DNA of 19,416 nucleotides from a bacterium (GTDB lineage Bacteria; Sysuimicrobiota; Sysuimicrobiia; Sysuimicrobiales; Humicultoraceae), in contig JBGQGY010000072.1 in the NCBI GenBank assembly GCA_041497675.1, positions 1 to 19,416 on the forward strand. The letters are read 5' to 3'. Positions 15,045 to 19,416 of this stretch are shown one piece after another. Numbering within the stretch: position 1 is the first letter of the stretch; each line of letters starts with the position of its first letter. Under the pieces are notes generated by a model, which saw only the letters and a program-made list of their open reading frames with translations, had not been told where the DNA came from and made no database searches. A program made the position numbers and the translations under genes.

Positions 15045-16280
15045 TCATGCACCTCCGCGTAGCAACTGAGCGAGCAGCAGCAGATTCAACACGATGATGG
15101 CGACGGTGATCGCCCCGGCCAGGATCGTCGTGCTGCGCCGGTTGACCAGTGGTCCCATCAAGGTTCGGCGGCTGGTAAAGAGCACCAGGGGCACCAACGC
15201 AAAGGGCAGCCCGAAACTCAGCATGACCTGGCTGATCACCAGTGTGCGCGTTGGGTCGAGGCCAAGGGAGATCACGATGATGGCCGGCGTCATGGTCACC
15301 AGCCGCCGAAACCACACGGGCACCACCCGGTGCAGGAAGCCCTGCATGATAACCTGCCCGGCCATGGTGCCCACGGTCGACGACGCCAGTCCGGACGCCA
15401 GCAGCGAAATCGCGAAGACCGTACTGGACAACGACCCGAGCAACGGCGCCAGGGTCTTGTGCGCCTCTTCGATGGTGGCCACGTGTGTGAGCCCAGTGCG
15501 GAAGAACGCGGCCGCGGCCATCACGAGCATCGCGCCGTTGACCAACCCGGCCAGACCCATCGCGATCAGTACGTCCACGACCTCAAGATGGAAGATCCGC
15601 TTGGCCTCAGCGGGGGTGGCCGGGATAATACGCCGCTGCGTCAGGGCGGAATGGAGGAAGATCACGTGGGGCATGACCGTTGCGCCCAGAATCCCGGTGG
15701 CCAGCAGCATCGTCTCGGTGCCGGCGAAGCGGGGGACGAAGGCGCCGACGGCCACCGAACGCCAGTCGGGCCGGTCAAGGATCGTCTCGATCAGATATGA
15801 GAGCGCGATCACGCCCACGAACACGCTGATGACGATCTCGATACCGCGATAGCCCTGCCGTTCCATCGCCAGGATCAGCAGCGTGATGACACCGGTGATC
15901 AGCGCGGCGGGCAGCAGCGGGATGTGGAGGAGGAGGTTGAGGCCGAGCGCCGCGCCCAGGAATTCGGCTAGGTCGGTAGCCATAGCGACCAGCTCGCTCA
16001 CCACCCACATGCCCCAGACCACCGGCGTCGAGAACTGGTCCCGGCACATCTCGGCCAGGTTGCGACCGGTGGCGATGCCGAGTTTGGCGGAGAGCGCCTG
16101 GATCAGCATGGCCGTCAGGTTGCTGGCCACGATGACCCACAGGAGCATATAGCCGAACTGCGCACCCGCCTGGATATTGGTCGCAAAATTGCCGGGGTCG
16201 ATGTAGGCGACGCTGGCGACGAACGCCGGGCCCATGTAGGGTAAGAGCCTGCCGAGGCGGCGAACGGGTCGGGGACGCAC
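15045..16280 (-). CDS. mntH: Nramp-family divalent metal (Mn2+/Fe2+) transporter
   Basis: AYIDPGNFATN and GATVMPH motifs, GTMAGQVIMQGF, SQVMLSFGLPFAL; about 11 TM helices. Confidence 0.96.
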   Translation of the reverse strand: MRPRPVRRLGRLLPYMGPAFVASVAYIDPGNFATNIQAGAQFGYMLLWVIVASNLTAMLIQALSAKLGIATGRNLAEMCRDQFSTPVVWGMWVVSELVAMATDLAEFLGAALGLNLLLHIPLLPAALITGVITLLILAMERQGYRGIEIVISVFVGVIALSYLIETILDRPDWRSVAVGAFVPRFAGTETMLLATGILGATVMPHVIFLHSALTQRRIIPATPAEAKRIFHLEVVDVLIAMGLAGLVNGAMLVMAAAAFFRTGLTHVATIEEAHKTLAPLLGSLSSTVFAISLLASGLASSTVGTMAGQVIMQGFLHRVVPVWFRRLVTMTPAIIVISLGLDPTRTLVISQVMLSFGLPFALVPLVLFTSRRTLMGPLVNRRSTTILAGAITVAIIVLNLLLLAQLLRGGA

Positions 16281-16332
16281 AGTATGTGATCCTCCGCGCG
16301 TGGCGCGAGGACCTGCAGGACCGGCCTGCGGT

Positions 16333-16567
16333 TCAGGACTGCTGCAGAGTGCTCTTTAGGTCGATGTATTGTTCCTTCGTGATCTCGCCCTTCGCCAGCC
16401 GCTGCTTCAGCACTGCCAGGGGGTCATCGGCGGGATGCCGTCTGGAGAGCAGCGCGAATCCACGGACCCATCATGCCGGGGCCCATGAAGAACATGCCGA
16501 GCGCGGGCAGCAGCACGAGTGCGCCGAGAATCACAAGCAATACGATGCTCAGGTCTCTGGAACTCAT
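16333..16567 (-). pseudogene. Frameshifted SHOCT membrane protein, homolog of 4531-4878
   Basis: Good RBS; MSSRDLSIVLLVILGALVLLPALGMFFMGPGMMGPW runs out of frame (TGA 16426-16424); a second frame gives GFALLSRRHPADDPLAVLKQRLAKGEITKEQYIDLKSTLQQS-TGA. Most of TM2 is missing. Confidence 0.85.
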
Positions 16568-16686
16568 GGTCCACCCCTCCTCGTTTCAAGCGTCCTCTGG
16601 CGTCCACTTCTGGTCCGTGGCACAATGAACACGCGCATGTGGACGCGGGATTTTTGGCGTGCTACTTCACACAATGAGGATGCATT

Positions 16687-19410
16687 GTGATGTCCGATCC
16701 GCTTAACGCCCGCGCCACGCTCACGGCGGGCGGCCAGACCTACGCGTATTACCGCCTGGCGGCGCTGCGTGACCACCTGGCGCTGCCGCTGGAACGGCTG
16801 CCGTTCACCGTCAAGGTGCTGGTCGAAAACGTCCTGCGAAACGCCGGCACCGAGCCCTTTACGAAAGACGACGTCGTGCGCCTGGCGTCATGGAAGCCAG
16901 GGCAGGCGGCCAGTAACGCACGCGAGTTCCCCTTCCTGCCCGCGCGCGTTATCTTGCAAGATTTCACGGGCGTCCCGGCGGTCGTGGATCTCGCCTCGAT
17001 GCGATCGGCGATGGCGCGCGTCGGCGGTGATCCGAATCGGATCAACCCGTTGGTGCCCGTCGATCTCGTGATCGACCATTCGGTGCAGGTGGATATGTTC
17101 GGCTCGGCGGGCGCATTCGCGTTCAACGTGCAGAAGGAATACGAGCGCAACCGCGAGCGCTACACGCTGCTGCGGTGGGCGCAACAGGCCTTCCACAACT
17201 TCCGCGTGGTGCCGCCGGGTACCGGCATCGTGCACCAGGTGAACCTCGAATACCTCGGCAAGGTCGTCTGGACGGACACACGCAACGGCGAGACGGTCGC
17301 ATATCCAGATACGCTCGTGGGCACCGACTCGCATACCACCATGATCAACGGCCTGGGTGTGCTCGCATGGGGCGTGGGCGGCATCGAGGCCGAAGCCGCT
17401 ATGCTCGGACAGCCCATCTACATGCTGACACCAGACGTGGTGGGCTTCAGGCTGGTCGGCGAGCCGCCGGAAGGCGTGACGGCCACCGACCTCGTGCTGA
17501 CCGTTGCGCAGATTCTCCGGAAGACCGGCGTGGTCGACAAATTCGTCGAGTTCTTCGGGGCGAGCCTCAAGCACCTGTCGTTGCCCGACCGCGCGACGAT
17601 CGGCAACATGTCGCCCGAGTTTGGCTCGACCTCGACCATGTTCCCTATCGATGAAGAGACGCTGCGCTATATGCGGCTGACCGGTCGGAGCGCCCAGCAG
17701 GTCGCGCTGGTGGAGGCGTACGCGAAGGCACAGGGCTTGTTCCGCACCGAGGCCAGTCCCGACCCAGAGTTCGATCATGTCGTCACGCTCGATTTGTCGA
17801 CGCTCGAACCCAGCGTTGCGGGACCTCGGCGGCCGCAGGATCGCGTGGCGCTGGGGCAGATCGGCAAGAGCTTCCACACGGCTTTTGATGAGAGGATTGC
17901 CGATGGTGCGGGCGGGGCGACCGGCGGCGTGGCCGTGGCGGCGAAGCCCAGAGCGGTCGACATCAAGATGGACGGCGCGCGCGCGCCGCTGACCGATGGG
18001 TCGGTGGTGATTGCCGCGATCACGTCGTGCACGAATACGTCAAACCCGGCTGTGATGGTCGCGGCGGGCCTGCTCGCGAAGAAGGCGGTCGAACGCGGCC
18101 TCACGGTGCCGCCGACCGTAAAGACCAGCCTGGCGCCGGGCTCGACGGTCGTCACATCGTACCTGGTGCGCGCCGGGTTGATGCCGTACCTCGAGACGCT
18201 GCGGTTCCACCTGGTCGGCTACGGCTGCACGACGTGCATCGGCAACAGCGGTCCGCTGCCCGATCCGGTGGCGCAGGCTGTGCAGGAAAATGATCTGGTC
18301 GTGGCCGCCGTGCTCTCGGGTAACCGCAACTTCGAGGGGCGTATCCATCCGCAGGTGCGCGCCAGCTACCTCGCCTCGCCTCCGCTGGTCGTCGCGTTTG
18401 CACTGGCTGGGTCGGTCGACATCGACCTGACGACGCAGCCGGTCGGACGCGACCGCAACGGCAAGCCCGTCTTCCTGCGCGACCTCTGGCCGACGTCGAA
18501 GGAAATCCAGGACACCATCGCACGCTCGCTCGGCCCCGAGCAGTTCGAGGAGCGCTATCGCGACGTCTTCCACGGCGACGACACCTGGCGGGCGTTGCCG
18601 GTGCCGGCCGGTGGCCTCTACGCCTGGGACCGGCAGTCGACCTACGAGCAGGAGCCGCCCTTTTTCACCGATCTGAGCATGGATCCGCCGCCGGTGCGCG
18701 ACATCAAGGGCGCGCGCGTGCTCGCAGTGCTCGGCGATTCGATCACGACCGACCATATCTCGCCTGCCGGTTCGATCGCCGCGGACAGCCCCGCGGGACG
18801 ATACCTGATGGAGCACGGGGTCCCGAAGGCCGACTTCAACTCGTACGGCTCGCGGCGCGGCAATCATGAGGTGCTGGTGCGGGGGACGTTTGCGAACGTC
18901 CGTCTGCGCAACACACTGGCCGGCGGCAAGGAAGGCGGTTGGACGACCTACCTGCCGACCGGTGAGGTGATGGCGATCTATGATGCGGCGATGCGGTATC
19001 AGGCGGACGGAACACCGCTCATTGTGATCGGTGGGAAGGAGTACGGTTCAGGCTCGTCGCGCGACTGGGCGGCCAAGGGGCCGAAGTTGCTCGGTGTGCG
19101 CGCGGCGATCGCGGAGAGTTTCGAGCGTATCCACCGCACCAACCTGGTGCAGATGGGTGTGCTGCCGCTCCAGTTCAAGCCGGGGAAGACCACAGCGTCG
19201 CTCGGGCTGACGGGGCATGAGGTCTTCGATATTGCAGGCATCGGAAAGGGCATCACTCCGGGGCAGACAGTAACGGTACGGGCGAAGCGCGACGACGGCA
19301 GCACGGTGACGTTCCAGGCGACGGTGCGGATCGACAGCAATATCGAAGTGGAATACTATCGCCACGGCGGGGTGCTGCCGTTTGTGCTGCGGCGGCTCAT
19401 GAGTTCCTGA
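16687..19410 (+). CDS. acnA: Aconitate hydratase A
   Basis: [50 protein letters not shown] and [12 protein letters not shown]e-S ligands, [10 protein letters not shown]. Start at GTG 16687 or ATG 16690. Confidence 0.98.
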   Translation: MMSDPLNARATLTAGGQTYAYYRLAALRDHLALPLERLPFTVKVLVENVLRNAGTEPFTKDDVVRLASWKPGQAASNAREFPFLPARVILQDFTGVPAVVDLASMRSAMARVGGDPNRINPLVPVDLVIDHSVQVDMFGSAGAFAFNVQKEYERNRERYTLLRWAQQAFHNFRVVPPGTGIVHQVNLEYLGKVVWTDTRNGETVAYPDTLVGTDSHTTMINGLGVLAWGVGGIEAEAAMLGQPIYMLTPDVVGFRLVGEPPEGVTATDLVLTVAQILRKTGVVDKFVEFFGASLKHLSLPDRATIGNMSPEFGSTSTMFPIDEETLRYMRLTGRSAQQVALVEAYAKAQGLFRTEASPDPEFDHVVTLDLSTLEPSVAGPRRPQDRVALGQIGKSFHTAFDERIADGAGGATGGVAVAAKPRAVDIKMDGARAPLTDGSVVIAAITSCTNTSNPAVMVAAGLLAKKAVERGLTVPPTVKTSLAPGSTVVTSYLVRAGLMPYLETLRFHLVGYGCTTCIGNSGPLPDPVAQAVQENDLVVAAVLSGNRNFEGRIHPQVRASYLASPPLVVAFALAGSVDIDLTTQPVGRDRNGKPVFLRDLWPTSKEIQDTIARSLGPEQFEERYRDVFHGDDTWRALPVPAGGLYAWDRQSTYEQEPPFFTDLSMDPPPVRDIKGARVLAVLGDSITTDHISPAGSIAADSPAGRYLMEHGVPKADFNSYGSRRGNHEVLVRGTFANVRLRNTLAGGKEGGWTTYLPTGEVMAIYDAAMRYQADGTPLIVIGGKEYGSGSSRDWAAKGPKLLGVRAAIAESFERIHRTNLVQMGVLPLQFKPGKTTASLGLTGHEVFDIAGIGKGITPGQTVTVRAKRDDGSTVTFQATVRIDSNIEVEYYRHGGVLPFVLRRLMSS

Positions 19411-19416
19411 CGTCGG

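Noticed and set aside
16281..16332. yybP-ykoY Mn riboswitch upstream of mntH
   Set aside because: Only ~50 nt are available and I see no recognisable consensus.
6793..19410. Methylcitrate cycle cluster (PrpD + AcnA)
   Set aside because: The genes are 8.5 kb apart in separate transcription units and prpB/prpC are absent from the window.

Overview
High-GC bacterial chromosomal window with two zones. (1) 1-~6470: a tRNA-Glu(CUC) gene used as an integration hotspot. A ~5.6 kb decayed island is bounded by a direct repeat of the tRNA 3' end (54-72 / 5654-5672). It carries a tyrosine-integrase remnant and a duplicated ~127-bp att-arm repeat. Its cargo is a probable sulfide/persulfide module: sigma70 promoter with an SqrR-like operator, ArsR, SQR-like flavoprotein, truncated methyltransferase, DsrE-DsrF-DsrH-like genes and a SHOCT protein, with a divergent cytochrome c plus Met/His-rich SHOCT pair. 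A TauE/SafE exporter lies just outside the att repeat. (2) ~6470-19410: core-like genes. These are a broken GntR with MmgE/PrpD and an exported MBL hydrolase, tatC without an adjacent tatA, an ECF sigma/ZAS anti-sigma/RseB-like operon, a soluble GAF histidine kinase with an AirS/YhcY-type CxC-x17-C motif plus NarL-type regulator, USP, mntH, a frameshifted SHOCT gene and acnA. All calls come from manual motif reading; no database searches were run.
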